From IMG/VR virus record IMGVR_UViG_3300018035_000041, positions 1 through 28,129 of that record: DNA of 28,129 bases. One strand, written 5' to 3'. The DNA comes from a virus. Lineage: Duplodnaviria > Caudoviricetes. The position numbers and the translations under genes were made by a program. Shown here piece by piece: positions 1 to 9,683 of this stretch (position 1 is its first letter; the number at the start of each line of letters is the position of its first letter). Under the pieces are notes generated by a model. That model had not been told where the DNA came from. It saw nothing but the letters and a program-made list of their open reading frames with translations, and ran no database searches.

Positions 1-47
1 AGAGTCGATTTGAAATCGGCGGCGATTTGTTCGGTGGGCTTTGCCAT
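1..47 (-). CDS. 5' end of a hypothetical protein running off the left edge (MAKPTEQIAADFKST...)
   Basis: ATG at 47 preceded by AAAGGAG Shine-Dalgarno and a sigma70-like promoter; only 15 codons visible. Confidence 0.6.
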   Translation of the reverse strand, partial: MAKPTEQIAADFKST

Positions 48-65
48 GCTGCTCCTTTCGATTCA

Positions 66-94
66 ATAGTGACGTATACCGGGGTATGCGTCAA
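66..94 (-). promoter_or_regulatory. sigma70-like promoter with overlapping palindromic operator
   Basis: Minus strand TTGACG-N17-CACTAT. The inverted repeat TGACGTATACC-GG-GGTATGCGTCA (70-93, 10/11 matching) covers the -35 and spacer. Confidence 0.6.
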
Positions 95-141
95 GAGAAA
101 AATGAATCAATAAAATCATCTACTTACAGAGATTCCCACAT

Positions 142-294
142 TTATTTCCACATTTTGCGCTTAGCGAGGCGCGCTGCTGTAGCTTTGGCGGCATTTGCTC
201 TCCGCGCTGTAATTTGCGCTTGCGTGATGGGTTTCCCGGCGCGCGCTTTGGCGGCCAGCTTAGAGAGTGCTACTGCATGAGGATTTTTAGCCAT
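142..294 (-). CDS. Small basic Ala/Lys/Arg-rich protein, 50 aa (MAKNPHAVALSKLAAKARAGKPITQAQITARRANAAKATAARLAKRKMWK), putative nucleic-acid binder
   Basis: Translated by hand (below ORF track cutoff). ATG lies 8 nt after the -10 box. Resembles small KNPHAVALG...KARA...AAARW (KGG-like) basic proteins from memory. Confidence 0.7.
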   Translation of the reverse strand: MAKNPHAVALSKLAAKARAGKPITQAQITARRANAAKATAARLAKRKMWK

Positions 295-302
295 ATCCTG
301 CT

Positions 303-330
303 ATAGTACACCGATATATGATATTGTCAA
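303..330 (-). promoter_or_regulatory. sigma70-like promoter, probably giving a leaderless mRNA
   Basis: Minus strand TTGACA-N16-TACTAT in an AT-rich gap directly after the terminator. Confidence 0.65.
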
Positions 331-342
331 GCGATTTTCCGC

Positions 343-388
343 ACAAACAGAATGCCCCTGCCGGCATTGCCTCCAGGAGGGGCATTCT
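343..388 (-). terminator. Probable intrinsic terminator ending the late operon
   Basis: 11-bp perfect inverted repeat AGAATGCCCCT (349-359)/AGGGGCATTCT (378-388), followed on the minus strand by a weak U-tract (GUUUGU), 25 nt after the last gene. Confidence 0.6.
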
Positions 389-413
389 TGCTCTGGCGAT
401 CCTTCTCCTTTCT

Positions 414-1250
<837 letters not shown>

Positions 1251-1296
1251 CCCCCGCTCCTCCTCGCGCGCCTGCGCAATGTTCTTTTGTTGCTGG

Positions 1297-1428
1297 TCAC
1301 GCCGATTCTTCATCTTCGTCTTCGGTTGTTTCCGGCTCCTCGGCCGGCACATCGCATTGGACCGGGCCGCCTCCAGGATTGAAATCTGGAGCTTCTTCGG
1401 GTTCGATTGTATCACCAAGGATTGTCAT
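1297..1428 (-). CDS. Small acidic peptide, 43 aa (MTILGDTIEPEEAPDFNPGGGPVQCDVPAEEPETTEDEDEESA)
   Basis: Translated by hand. GAGGTG SD 4 nt before ATG, overlaps the upstream gene end, fills the gap before the 278-aa gene. Confidence 0.55.
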   Translation of the reverse strand: MTILGDTIEPEEAPDFNPGGGPVQCDVPAEEPETTEDEDEESA

Positions 1429-1921
1429 GGATCACCTCGTAGGCCGCGCTGGGCGGCTGGTTATTTCCGGCGAGCGCCGGAGCAGTTGAAGTACCGAACT
1501 TAGGCCATTGAAGCTGATGGTGCTGAATCTGCTCGTTCGCCTTGAGTCCGTCGTAGATGGTTGCGAGCGCAGCCAGCAAGCCTATCCCCGCCATCACCCA
1601 AAAGCGAAATCGGCTGGTTTGGATTTTGCGTTCTTTCTCGCTCTCTTTCCATTGCATTACGAAAAGTCCGAAACGAACTGCCAGTCCGGGATTGTTTACG
1701 TCCGTGCTGTTCAGGGAAGCGTCAATCGCCGCAACATGCTTTTTCAATTCCGGCACGGGACAGCCGGTAATGCCCGGATGCTGAATATCCGGGCACATCC
1801 AGCCCATGCCTCCCCCTCGTATGACCTCATCTCCGGTACTGCCCATGCTTACCCTCCCCCGGCCTACCTGCTGTGCGCCCCGGCCATTACTGCCGATTCC
1901 GCGTTCATGCTCCGCTTGCAA
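1412..1921 (-). CDS. Single-pass membrane protein, possible holin-like lysis protein (true start uncertain, perhaps MGWM/MCPD)
   Basis: Helical segment, basic patch RKIQTSRFR, then TM FWVMAGIGLLAALATIY; located after the tailspike, where lysis genes usually lie. Confidence 0.55.
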   Translation of the reverse strand: MQAEHERGIGSNGRGAQQVGRGRVSMGSTGDEVIRGGGMGWMCPDIQHPGITGCPVPELKKHVAAIDASLNSTDVNNPGLAVRFGLFVMQWKESEKERKIQTSRFRFWVMAGIGLLAALATIYDGLKANEQIQHHQLQWPKFGTSTAPALAGNNQPPSAAYEVIHDNPW

Positions 1922-1933
1922 ACCTCTCGTTGA

Positions 1934-4051
1934 TTACCACACGCCTCCCGGCCCGGTGCACTGCACATTGAACGTCTGAGCGCCGCTCGTCGCGTAAGTG
2001 ATAATACCCGTGGATGAGGTTGTCGGCACGGTCGAGAAATACCAAGCCCCTGCATTGCTCAAGGGTGATGCAACGCAGTTAGGCGTGGCCGGGAATGCAG
2101 TTGAGAAAGTATGCGCCGTAGTGACTGTGCCGGAGGAACTGGTCACCTGCCCAACCTGGACATTCGGCCCGCTGGTAGAGGAAACAGTTTGATTCGGCCA
2201 TGAGCCGGAGATTGTTACGTTCGTCCCCGACACCAAACTTGGCGTAGCTGTGCCCGTGCCACCTAGCGCAACCGGCAGGTATTGACTATACCCAAACTGG
2301 CCGGAAGTGTTTGTAGTCAAAACGCCGCCCGAACCACCAGACCATGTGGAGTTGGTAATCGTTCCACTTAAAATCGGATTACTGGCAGTGAGGTTATTGT
2401 ACACGGTATTCCCATTGGTGCCGATGATCCTCGCGGGTCCTAGATAGGTTATTCCCGCTTCGATGGTTGCCGTTGTGCTTCCGGCATCATAAATATCCCC
2501 GCCTGAAAAAGTTCCGATAGAGCCGAAGGTAGAATTGCCTTGACCGAGATCGAAGCTAACTCCGTACAGATTGCCGGGAAAATTAAATACCGTTGTAACT
2601 TGACCGGCAAAGGTAAAGTGAGAGGAATCTATGCCTACCAAACTTGAAGCTCCTTTGAATGCAACTGCGCCCGCCGAGACATCGTTGAGCGACAAACTGA
2701 TATTCGATCCCCACGTTCCTTCATCAAACATCAATGCAACCGATCCGGCTCGGCTCGATTGATTCTCTGTGCGCAGTCCCGCTCCGAAGAGAGCATTCTC
2801 CAAGCTCCCGCCGCCCGCCCCGGTAATGCTCATTTCGATCACATTCGCGCCGGTGCCGCCGCCTACCAATCTGGCGTAGCCGCCATTCAGAATATACTCG
2901 CCGCTTCCGGTAAGCTGCATCGGAGGCGCTTTATCTCCCGCGATACTGTTGTTCGTGAACGACAGGACCGTAGGATTGGTGCCGCCCGCCAATGTGTAGA
3001 ACTTAGATGCGACGCTGGTAGCTTTGCCTAGGCCCTGGCCGGCGACGAGTCCCCCTCCATCTCCAACGCATCCAAGATTGCTGTTGGATACCAAAGTCAA
3101 ATCGACATTGAGCAACACTAAATCGCTGGAAGTGGCCGTTTGGCCCGCGCAGATATTGACATTTTCGATCTTGGACAATTGGCCGCCCAGAGAGCCATAT
3201 CCATTGTTGCCGTTCGACAGCAGGATTCCGGCGGTAGCCTGTGAATTGGCGGGGTTATAACTTGGCGGTATCATGCTAAAGTCGCGCAATACTGCGCCCC
3301 AGCATCCGCCAATATCGAGCACAGGATAAGCCTCCGTAAGCGCATGAGTGATGATGCTCACGCCATTGCCGGACCCGGCGTTTTGTCCATCGCCGTAAAT
3401 TACGCGCGTTTGCCCAACTTGGCACGTTGCATCTATCGACTTAGTTACTCGATAATTGGAGTCGCCAGGAAGATACAGCGCGAAGCCATTGGTAATAGCT
3501 GTTGTCGCCGCAAGCTGAAATGCTTCGGTATCATCCGTGGTGCCGTCCGCCACCGCCCCGCACATCTGCGGCGTCAGAAATTTCACATTGGCGCTCCAGA
3601 GCGTGAAATTGTCGCAAGCGCTCGGAATTACTGGCAGTGTGGAGCCTAATGCGGGCGGAGAGGTTTCAACGAAGTTTGAGCCGTCATACCACACAGCCAC
3701 CGTTGATCCGTTCGGAATAATTACACCATTCCCCGTAGGCCCGATGATCTGGATGCTCTGTCCGCCTGTCGTCGCGTTCTCGATAGTGAAGGGAAAGTTT
3801 CCCGAAGGCGCGATGATGTTCCGCGTTGCCGTCAGGGAAACCGAGCTTGTCACCTTGATGTACATCGCGCTCGTTTCTTTAGCTGTCATCGTATGGTCCG
3901 CATCCGACGACAGGATCAGCGTCCCGTTGTTCAGACACGGAAATCCCTCGCATCCTAAATTCCCCGTCAAGTTGATCTGAGGCGCGGGAATCTGCGCTGC
4001 AATCTTCGCTGAAATCAACAAAACAAAAATGATTCTGTATAGCGTGCGCAT
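1934..4051 (-). CDS. Tailspike / beta-helix depolymerase (Pectate_lyase_3-like), 705 aa, with N-terminal signal peptide
   Basis: PQMCGAVADGTTDDTEAFQLA...LYLPG..YRVT is the typical beta-helix cap motif. N-terminal LTATRNIIAP...ENATTGGQS...YDGSN fibre domain, LPVALGGTG fibre motif, short C-terminal beta domain. N-terminus MRTLYRIIFVLLISAKIAA|Q. Confidence 0.85.
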   Translation of the reverse strand: MRTLYRIIFVLLISAKIAAQIPAPQINLTGNLGCEGFPCLNNGTLILSSDADHTMTAKETSAMYIKVTSSVSLTATRNIIAPSGNFPFTIENATTGGQSIQIIGPTGNGVIIPNGSTVAVWYDGSNFVETSPPALGSTLPVIPSACDNFTLWSANVKFLTPQMCGAVADGTTDDTEAFQLAATTAITNGFALYLPGDSNYRVTKSIDATCQVGQTRVIYGDGQNAGSGNGVSIITHALTEAYPVLDIGGCWGAVLRDFSMIPPSYNPANSQATAGILLSNGNNGYGSLGGQLSKIENVNICAGQTATSSDLVLLNVDLTLVSNSNLGCVGDGGGLVAGQGLGKATSVASKFYTLAGGTNPTVLSFTNNSIAGDKAPPMQLTGSGEYILNGGYARLVGGGTGANVIEMSITGAGGGSLENALFGAGLRTENQSSRAGSVALMFDEGTWGSNISLSLNDVSAGAVAFKGASSLVGIDSSHFTFAGQVTTVFNFPGNLYGVSFDLGQGNSTFGSIGTFSGGDIYDAGSTTATIEAGITYLGPARIIGTNGNTVYNNLTASNPILSGTITNSTWSGGSGGVLTTNTSGQFGYSQYLPVALGGTGTATPSLVSGTNVTISGSWPNQTVSSTSGPNVQVGQVTSSSGTVTTAHTFSTAFPATPNCVASPLSNAGAWYFSTVPTTSSTGIITYATSGAQTFNVQCTGPGGVW

Positions 4052-4052
4052 A

Positions 4053-5063
4053 CTAACTCACCACCTTTGGCTGGAACGTTCCGGACAGAACATTTGCGCT
4101 CTGGTAAAGGTATAGGGTTACCAAAACCCCATACTGATTCACAAACGATACTGGAATAGCAGAGTTGAAAGCAAAGGGAAAACCCGTAAGGGCGTCAACG
4201 AATGTATGCGACCCGCCTGTCAATAGCAGATAGATCACTCGCGCTGATACGGTGAACGGTCCGAAACTTTGGCCTACAGTCTCAGCGCCCAGTCCGGCGC
4301 TCGGCAGGACATCGGTGGTTGAAAGAACAGCCGTCGTGCCGCTGGCAGTGACCGAAGAGGTGGCCTCGGCTGCTCCAGGCCCGGAGAAGATGCGCGGATT
4401 CCAGGTAAGCGCCTGGGTTGCAGTCGGAACAGAAGTTCCATCGCTTGCCGCCAGGGTAAAAGTAGTCGTATGTAGAGATGTGTGAGAGAAGCTTCCTATA
4501 ACAGTTCCGGAAGTGAATGGTGAAACAAGATTCAGCGGAGAGCCAGTGCCCTCCGTATTCGTGATAGTGGCATAAATCGGGGTTTCATCGTACGTTGCCG
4601 AGAAAGCGGGGTTCGTAACTGTTTGTCCTAACTCTATAGATTGTCCCCCTGTAAATGAAGAGATAATCAATGGAGAGTAGGTCGATATAACGTAAGGGTT
4701 TGACTGCGTTCCAGTTCCGGTCAAGGTTATCCCCTCCCCGGCTGTCACGTATGTCTGCGTGCCCGCCTCTCCAATGGCCTGATCGGGAAGAACGATGGGA
4801 TTTACGCCATACAGAGGATGATAGATCGCAATGGTGTACAGTACGCCTGGATTCATATAGACGTAAGCGTGACCGAATCCATCGGTGACCACAGGTTGAG
4901 CCAGCGGCGTGTCGCCGGTCAGATCGGTGAAAATGCCGGCTAGGGGGCTTGGCGGAGGCGTACTTTCTACTGTCGCGGGCTGAAGACACCAATATACCAG
5001 CGCTCCAGCCAAAGCTCTCCCTTGGGCATCTGTGACGTAACGATCATCGCGGGCAAGAGACAT
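4053..5063 (-). CDS. Tail fibre/appendage protein with N-terminal virion-anchoring (head-binding-like) domain, 336 aa
   Basis: Start moved to ATG 5063 (GAGGA SD). DAQGRALAGALVYW...IFTDLTG..PLAQPVVTDGFG resembles podovirus tailspike anchor domains; then a VTAGEGITLTGTGTQSNPYVIS fibre motif and an Ig-like region. No signal peptide. Confidence 0.75.
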   Translation of the reverse strand: MSLARDDRYVTDAQGRALAGALVYWCLQPATVESTPPPSPLAGIFTDLTGDTPLAQPVVTDGFGHAYVYMNPGVLYTIAIYHPLYGVNPIVLPDQAIGEAGTQTYVTAGEGITLTGTGTQSNPYVISTYSPLIISSFTGGQSIELGQTVTNPAFSATYDETPIYATITNTEGTGSPLNLVSPFTSGTVIGSFSHTSLHTTTFTLAASDGTSVPTATQALTWNPRIFSGPGAAEATSSVTASGTTAVLSTTDVLPSAGLGAETVGQSFGPFTVSARVIYLLLTGGSHTFVDALTGFPFAFNSAIPVSFVNQYGVLVTLYLYQSANVLSGTFQPKVVS

Positions 5064-5073
5064 TTTTGTTTCC

Positions 5074-6207
5074 TCACAACCAACTGCAAGTAGTTCCAGG
5101 CTCAATCAATAACGCATCCGATGCGCTGCCTGTCAAGCCATAGAGCGTTACCGTATTCGCAACCGCAGTGAAACTCGCGGTCACGTCAATGTCTGTGATG
5201 TAGTTCGTAGCCGTAGCACCTGGAGTGATCGCCGCCGTAGCTGCTGTGGTGGTAGCCGTCGTAATGTCCGTTACGTCTGTACCATAGGGAACCGCCGTGG
5301 TCCCAGGGAATGATACCGCGCTCAAGCTCATGTGCGTTGGCGCGACCGAAGTTCCAATCCCGAATCGAACAGTCGAAACTGCCGTCGATTGCTGCCAGAC
5401 AACATGGCATCTTCCGCGATACGTGGTAGCATAGGAAACACCTGTGACAGGGAACACAATGCCGGTTGTCGTAAACGTGGTCCCAGTGATCGATGTTGCA
5501 GTTGTGCCGAGCAGTTGTGCGCCATTCGCCAGATACGCCGGATTATTAAACATCCAAGTTCCGCTTGTGCCGTTCACGCGCGCCGTATCAGTCGCCCCAG
5601 CGTTCACGAAGAAGTGAATATCGTTTGCTGAGACAGTCCCGATTCCAACATCCCCGCCGTTGGAGTCTAGAAGCGTTGCGGAAGCTGCTTTGTATTCTCC
5701 CGATCCTGCGTATCCGGTTCCATTCAAACACAATTCTCCATAGTTCGCGGCCTGGATAGTAGCAGAGTTTCCCACGACATAACAGGCGCTTGCAGATGCT
5801 CCAGTGCTCGTGTTCTCGATCAGGTTGTAGATGTACCCGTTCACGCTGTACTGAAACGATTCGATCATTCCATAGTCAGAATAGTTTTGCGTTCCTAGGT
5901 TTATGAGGCCGACCGTTGTCGCGGTTGAAGGTGGTGTCCCTGTGAGATTCAGCACCGCCATGCTGCCCCCCGAAGAGGCGGTAAACGTACCCCACGTTCC
6001 CGTGCCGGAGACGATGTTCTGGCATGAGTACTGGACCCCGGTAGTCGTCACCTGCTGGTTTGCTGCGCCCTGCGAGCATGATCCAGACGGAGCGCTTGAA
6101 ACACTCACCACGCCGCCATAAACAGTGACATTCCCCGAACCGATAATGGGCGACTGTTGAGCGAGTGAGGGAACGGAAAACAACAAAATCGCAATCAACT
6201 TTTTCAT
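5074..6207 (-). CDS. Fibre-like beta-rich protein, 377 aa, with N-terminal signal peptide
   Basis: Start moved to ATG 6207: MKKLIAILLFSVPSLA|QQ. Thr/Gly/Ser-rich, with a GDVGIGTVSANDIHFFVN...ARVNGTSG fibre-shaft-like motif, a C-terminal beta-sandwich and six Cys in three pairs. Confidence 0.7.
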   Translation of the reverse strand: MKKLIAILLFSVPSLAQQSPIIGSGNVTVYGGVVSVSSAPSGSCSQGAANQQVTTTGVQYSCQNIVSGTGTWGTFTASSGGSMAVLNLTGTPPSTATTVGLINLGTQNYSDYGMIESFQYSVNGYIYNLIENTSTGASASACYVVGNSATIQAANYGELCLNGTGYAGSGEYKAASATLLDSNGGDVGIGTVSANDIHFFVNAGATDTARVNGTSGTWMFNNPAYLANGAQLLGTTATSITGTTFTTTGIVFPVTGVSYATTYRGRCHVVWQQSTAVSTVRFGIGTSVAPTHMSLSAVSFPGTTAVPYGTDVTDITTATTTAATAAITPGATATNYITDIDVTASFTAVANTVTLYGLTGSASDALLIEPGTTCSWL

Positions 6208-6211
6208 GATC

Positions 6212-6886
6212 TTATCCAATCTTGGCACAGATGGTGCCGGTTCCTGTTAATCCTGTCACAGCAAAGCGATAGAAGTATCCGCGCTGCAAACTGAGTTGAC
6301 CGAATGGACCAACTGTTTGACCGCCAGTGACAACCGTTGCCACGATTCCGATTGTGGTGTATTCCGAAGCAATATCCCTGATTGCTCCCTGAATCGACAC
6401 TGTGACCGCTGTCGGAAGCGTTGGAAAGGTAACGGATAGCGGAAGGGTAAATTGACTGTCCTCCTGCGGAGCCTGTACGCAAACCGGAACAGAAAACGAG
6501 TTGTTTGTTATCGATTCTGCGGTTTCGCCAATCTCCATCTGCCAGCACCCAGCGTCAGCAGTTGCCGATTGGTTCGTGCCGACCAGCGCGTACCTGATCG
6601 TGCCCGCACCTGTTGCTGGAGTGATCGACACGGCCGTAATCAGCGAGCGCGTCACGTTGAACAGACCCGACTGCAAGGCCGTTCCCCAGACTGTGATGTA
6701 GTCGCCCACAACCGGCGTAGCGCCCTGCTGGAGTTGTACGCTGATCGTGGCGACATTCGAGGCCAGCGCCGTTTGTGACACGGTGCCCTTGGCGTTGCCG
6801 CGCAGCATGTTGAGGCCGCCGAACAGATAGGCAGGGACTCCCTTTTGGAGCAACTGCGGCGGTACGAATGGGCTGTTGTAAAGCAT
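6212..6886 (-). CDS. Virion structural protein, 224 aa, beta-rich
   Basis: GGAGG SD; ASNVATISV...VVGDYITVWG...FN module similar to modules in the 292- and 1383-aa proteins. Confidence 0.7.
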   Translation of the reverse strand: MLYNSPFVPPQLLQKGVPAYLFGGLNMLRGNAKGTVSQTALASNVATISVQLQQGATPVVGDYITVWGTALQSGLFNVTRSLITAVSITPATGAGTIRYALVGTNQSATADAGCWQMEIGETAESITNNSFSVPVCVQAPQEDSQFTLPLSVTFPTLPTAVTVSIQGAIRDIASEYTTIGIVATVVTGGQTVGPFGQLSLQRGYFYRFAVTGLTGTGTICAKIG

Positions 6887-6894
6887 GGTGCCTC

Positions 6895-8301
6895 CTATTG
6901 GCCTAGTGTACCTTGATGAACAATCTTCCCGATCAATCCAGTACGCCGCGCAAGTTCACCAGCGCCCAATAGAGCGGCACCTTTGGTGATTTTGCCCAAC
7001 GTTTTGGCGCGGGCGTATTCCCGCAGCGCGTTTGTGTATTGATCGCTCAAATCAGACGGCAAAGCGTTCGTCAAATCTGAATTCATTGCATCACGGACGC
7101 CTCCGAGTTGATAACGCTGTTTTGGAGCACTGGGCGATTCAATAGCCCTCCGAAGAAATCCGGGACGCCTACTTGCCTCCGTCAAATTGCTATAAAACTT
7201 CCGAGCTTCCGGGAACTTAAGCGGGGAGGCATAATCGGGTTGCGGCCCGACTTCAGCTTGAGGGGAGGCATCGAAAACCTTTGGACGACGTAAAACTCCC
7301 ATCCGTGTCGTGACTTGCTCGGGATTCTGCAACGGCGTGACACGTCCACTCAACTCAGGATGCTCCGAACCACTCAGATAATGAGGATTGATGCCGGGAT
7401 ATTCGGAGATAGGAGCAAAGCCGTTACCTGAGCGCGGCTCCCAAGGTTCCTCTGGATTCACTTTGGCATCAAAGGCCATCGGGCGCATCTTTGGGTTGCG
7501 TGGCGCGGGCGATGGTTCCAATGGAATATCTTCCGTGCCAGCCCCTAACATACGGGAAGGGTTATCTATCGGGATAGGCTCCGGGCTGGGGCGCGGGGGA
7601 AGATTGTCGATACGCTTAGACAGTTTTGTCATCACGCGCGAGTTTCTTCCGCCAGTATTCACAAAGTTTCTAAATCGCTCGACCGCCGGGCTGGTCTTAT
7701 CTGTATAGACTGGTAAATCTTTGGCCTTCTGCTCAATATCCGCAAACACCTTTCCAGCCCGCGATGCGCTCGGAAGCTGCCCGACAAGTGGACGTTCTGG
7801 CGCGGCGGTGTCCAAGCCGCCAAGGACCATAGGCGCGACCTGCGCTGCGGTGCCCAACGCCGTGCTTACGTTGCCCGGAGTCGCATCGGCCCAAACGCGG
7901 CTCATGTATGACTGGCCCGGTCGATCTGGAGGCGCTTCCTCTGCCATTCTGTCGAGCGCAGGGCCTACAATTGGCACAGCCCGAACAGCATGAACTCCAG
8001 CCTCATCCGGGTTGCTCCCGCGAAGCGCATCAATCGCCTTTCCTGCTTCATCGGTGGACTGCATGAACTGGCCATAGAGTCCCTTTCCAGTTTGGTAGGC
8101 TGGACCCAGCGCGGCTTCTGCCAGCGACCGAATCGGATGCGTATCCCTTTCCTTCTGCGCGTCCTCAACATCCTTCTTCCCGATTCCGAACGAGTGGCCA
8201 AGGTTTTCAAGGAATCCCGGCTGATCGACAGGCGCGGTGGTTTTAGCTACCGGCTTCCATGCCGACGTGTTGCCATTCGGAACTACAGTCCAGCCTGCCA
8301 T
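6895..8301 (-). CDS. Probable ejection (internal virion/DNA transfer) protein 3, 468 aa
   Basis: Start at TAATG overlap (MAGWTVVP). Helical Ala/Gly-rich with a Pro-rich middle; third of three coupled genes in the P22 gp7/gp20/gp16 position. Confidence 0.6.
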   Translation of the reverse strand: MAGWTVVPNGNTSAWKPVAKTTAPVDQPGFLENLGHSFGIGKKDVEDAQKERDTHPIRSLAEAALGPAYQTGKGLYGQFMQSTDEAGKAIDALRGSNPDEAGVHAVRAVPIVGPALDRMAEEAPPDRPGQSYMSRVWADATPGNVSTALGTAAQVAPMVLGGLDTAAPERPLVGQLPSASRAGKVFADIEQKAKDLPVYTDKTSPAVERFRNFVNTGGRNSRVMTKLSKRIDNLPPRPSPEPIPIDNPSRMLGAGTEDIPLEPSPAPRNPKMRPMAFDAKVNPEEPWEPRSGNGFAPISEYPGINPHYLSGSEHPELSGRVTPLQNPEQVTTRMGVLRRPKVFDASPQAEVGPQPDYASPLKFPEARKFYSNLTEASRRPGFLRRAIESPSAPKQRYQLGGVRDAMNSDLTNALPSDLSDQYTNALREYARAKTLGKITKGAALLGAGELARRTGLIGKIVHQGTLGQ

Positions 8302-9683
8302 TACTGAGCCTTCCATCCTGCCGGTAGCGGCGTACCTGCGGGGGCCTCATGTAATACGCCATTCGGGTCTAGTGCGCGGATCATGCCACCTTTTGATGCG
8401 CCTGATGGTCCGTTTTCCTGTGTCGCTCCCGGTCGCTCGCCAGCCTGCTCCATTCTCGCCATCCACGGCTGAACTGCTTTAATCGCCGCTATGAGGTTCT
8501 CAGGTGTCTGCTGTGGCGCATTGATGGCGCGGTCGAATTCCTCGCGCAAATTCTCAGGCAGGCGTCCCTGTGCATGAGCTAGAGCGACCGCCGTTGCTAT
8601 CAAAGTAAAATCCATGCGCAACGCCGCAAAGTCTGGGTTATCCATACCGACTTTCCCCTGCATGAAGTCGTTCCAGCGGCCCATCAACGGACCCATCTGC
8701 GTCTTGTTCTTCTCAATATCCGCCAGAACGCCGGGGATCGACTCATTGACAATCTTTGCGCGCGCCGCAGCGGTTCTAACGGTCGTAGTGGGTGTATTCA
8801 TGCTGCTGAATCCAGCCGTTGTCTGCGAGCCGGGAACAATGTGAGCGCCCGCGCCAACGCGCTCTACCACACCGCCACCCGGATTGTTTGGGTCCGGCGC
8901 AATCAGTGTGACCATGCCCGCTTGGTTCGGCCTCTCGTAGGGTACAGGGTTCACAATCTCTTTTCCGCTCGTGTCTGTCCATTTGCCTGTATCTGAATGG
9001 TAATTCGCTTCTATTGGTTTGCCGTTCGGTCCGACAATAGAACCTTTCTCCATGCCCTTCGGAGGAACTTTGTTGAATGGATTTAGGGGATTTCCCTGAT
9101 AGGTAAGCGGCGTCAGTTCGTTGGTCTTAGGGTTGCGCATGAAGATGCCTTGATCGGTTTCTACCATCACCGCATTGGGATTCTCCAGATTCGCCGCCTC
9201 ATCGTTCGCGTGGCGCGTCTCCGCACCCTGTAACCCCTCTTCGCTCTCCGCCTTTCCCGGCATTTCGGCAGTCTCTTCTTTCAGATGCGAAGTCTGCGCT
9301 CCCTGCTCGCCGAGTTGCGATTGTAGTCCAGCTAGTTTGTTCAGCCGTCCTTCGAGTCCTGATTCCTCCATTAAGCGACGGTTTGGGCCTCCTGTTGCCA
9401 CGCTTAACGCGTGACCGATCTTTCCCCAAACGCCGGGATGATTCTCTGGCGTTCCCCAGGGGTGCAAATCCTTCTGGTAATCTCCCTCTAAACGCCCCCC
9501 AAGCATCGTTTCCTGCCGATCCTGCGCGGTCGGTCCGAATACTTGCGGACGCTTTCCCTGTGGCAACTGGGGCACTGTTCCAGCACCCATATCGTCAGGA
9601 TCGAAGCCAAGCGCCGGCGGCGGTGCGGGCGCAAGCGGTGGCAGGCTCGCGTTGATCTGCCGGAATGGATTCACGACGGCCAT
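8301..9683 (-). CDS. Probable ejection protein 2, 460 aa
   Basis: Start at TAATG overlap (MAVVNPF). Low-complexity helical N-half and C-terminal IRALDPNGVLHEAP...GWK motif; called from gene order. Confidence 0.6.
   Translation of the reverse strand: MAVVNPFRQINASLPPLAPAPPPALGFDPDDMGAGTVPQLPQGKRPQVFGPTAQDRQETMLGGRLEGDYQKDLHPWGTPENHPGVWGKIGHALSVATGGPNRRLMEESGLEGRLNKLAGLQSQLGEQGAQTSHLKEETAEMPGKAESEEGLQGAETRHANDEAANLENPNAVMVETDQGIFMRNPKTNELTPLTYQGNPLNPFNKVPPKGMEKGSIVGPNGKPIEANYHSDTGKWTDTSGKEIVNPVPYERPNQAGMVTLIAPDPNNPGGGVVERVGAGAHIVPGSQTTAGFSSMNTPTTTVRTAAARAKIVNESIPGVLADIEKNKTQMGPLMGRWNDFMQGKVGMDNPDFAALRMDFTLIATAVALAHAQGRLPENLREEFDRAINAPQQTPENLIAAIKAVQPWMARMEQAGERPGATQENGPSGASKGGMIRALDPNGVLHEAPAGTPLPAGWKAQ

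Noticed and set aside
1251-1418. N-terminal extensions in the ORF track (334-, 350-, 384-, 473-, 493-, 215-, 280-, 143-, 106-, 73-aa calls)
   Set aside because: Downstream ATGs have clear SDs or stop/start overlaps, and the extensions overlap neighbouring genes.
1864-1908. 14-codon uORF (MNAESAVMAGAHSR) behind GAGAGG after the tailspike
   Set aside because: Too short to support, and it overlaps the uncertain 5' end of the TM-protein gene.
1934-6886. Diversity-generating retroelement or invertible tail-fibre cassette
   Set aside because: No reverse transcriptase, invertase or adenine-variant repeat pair seen in the window.
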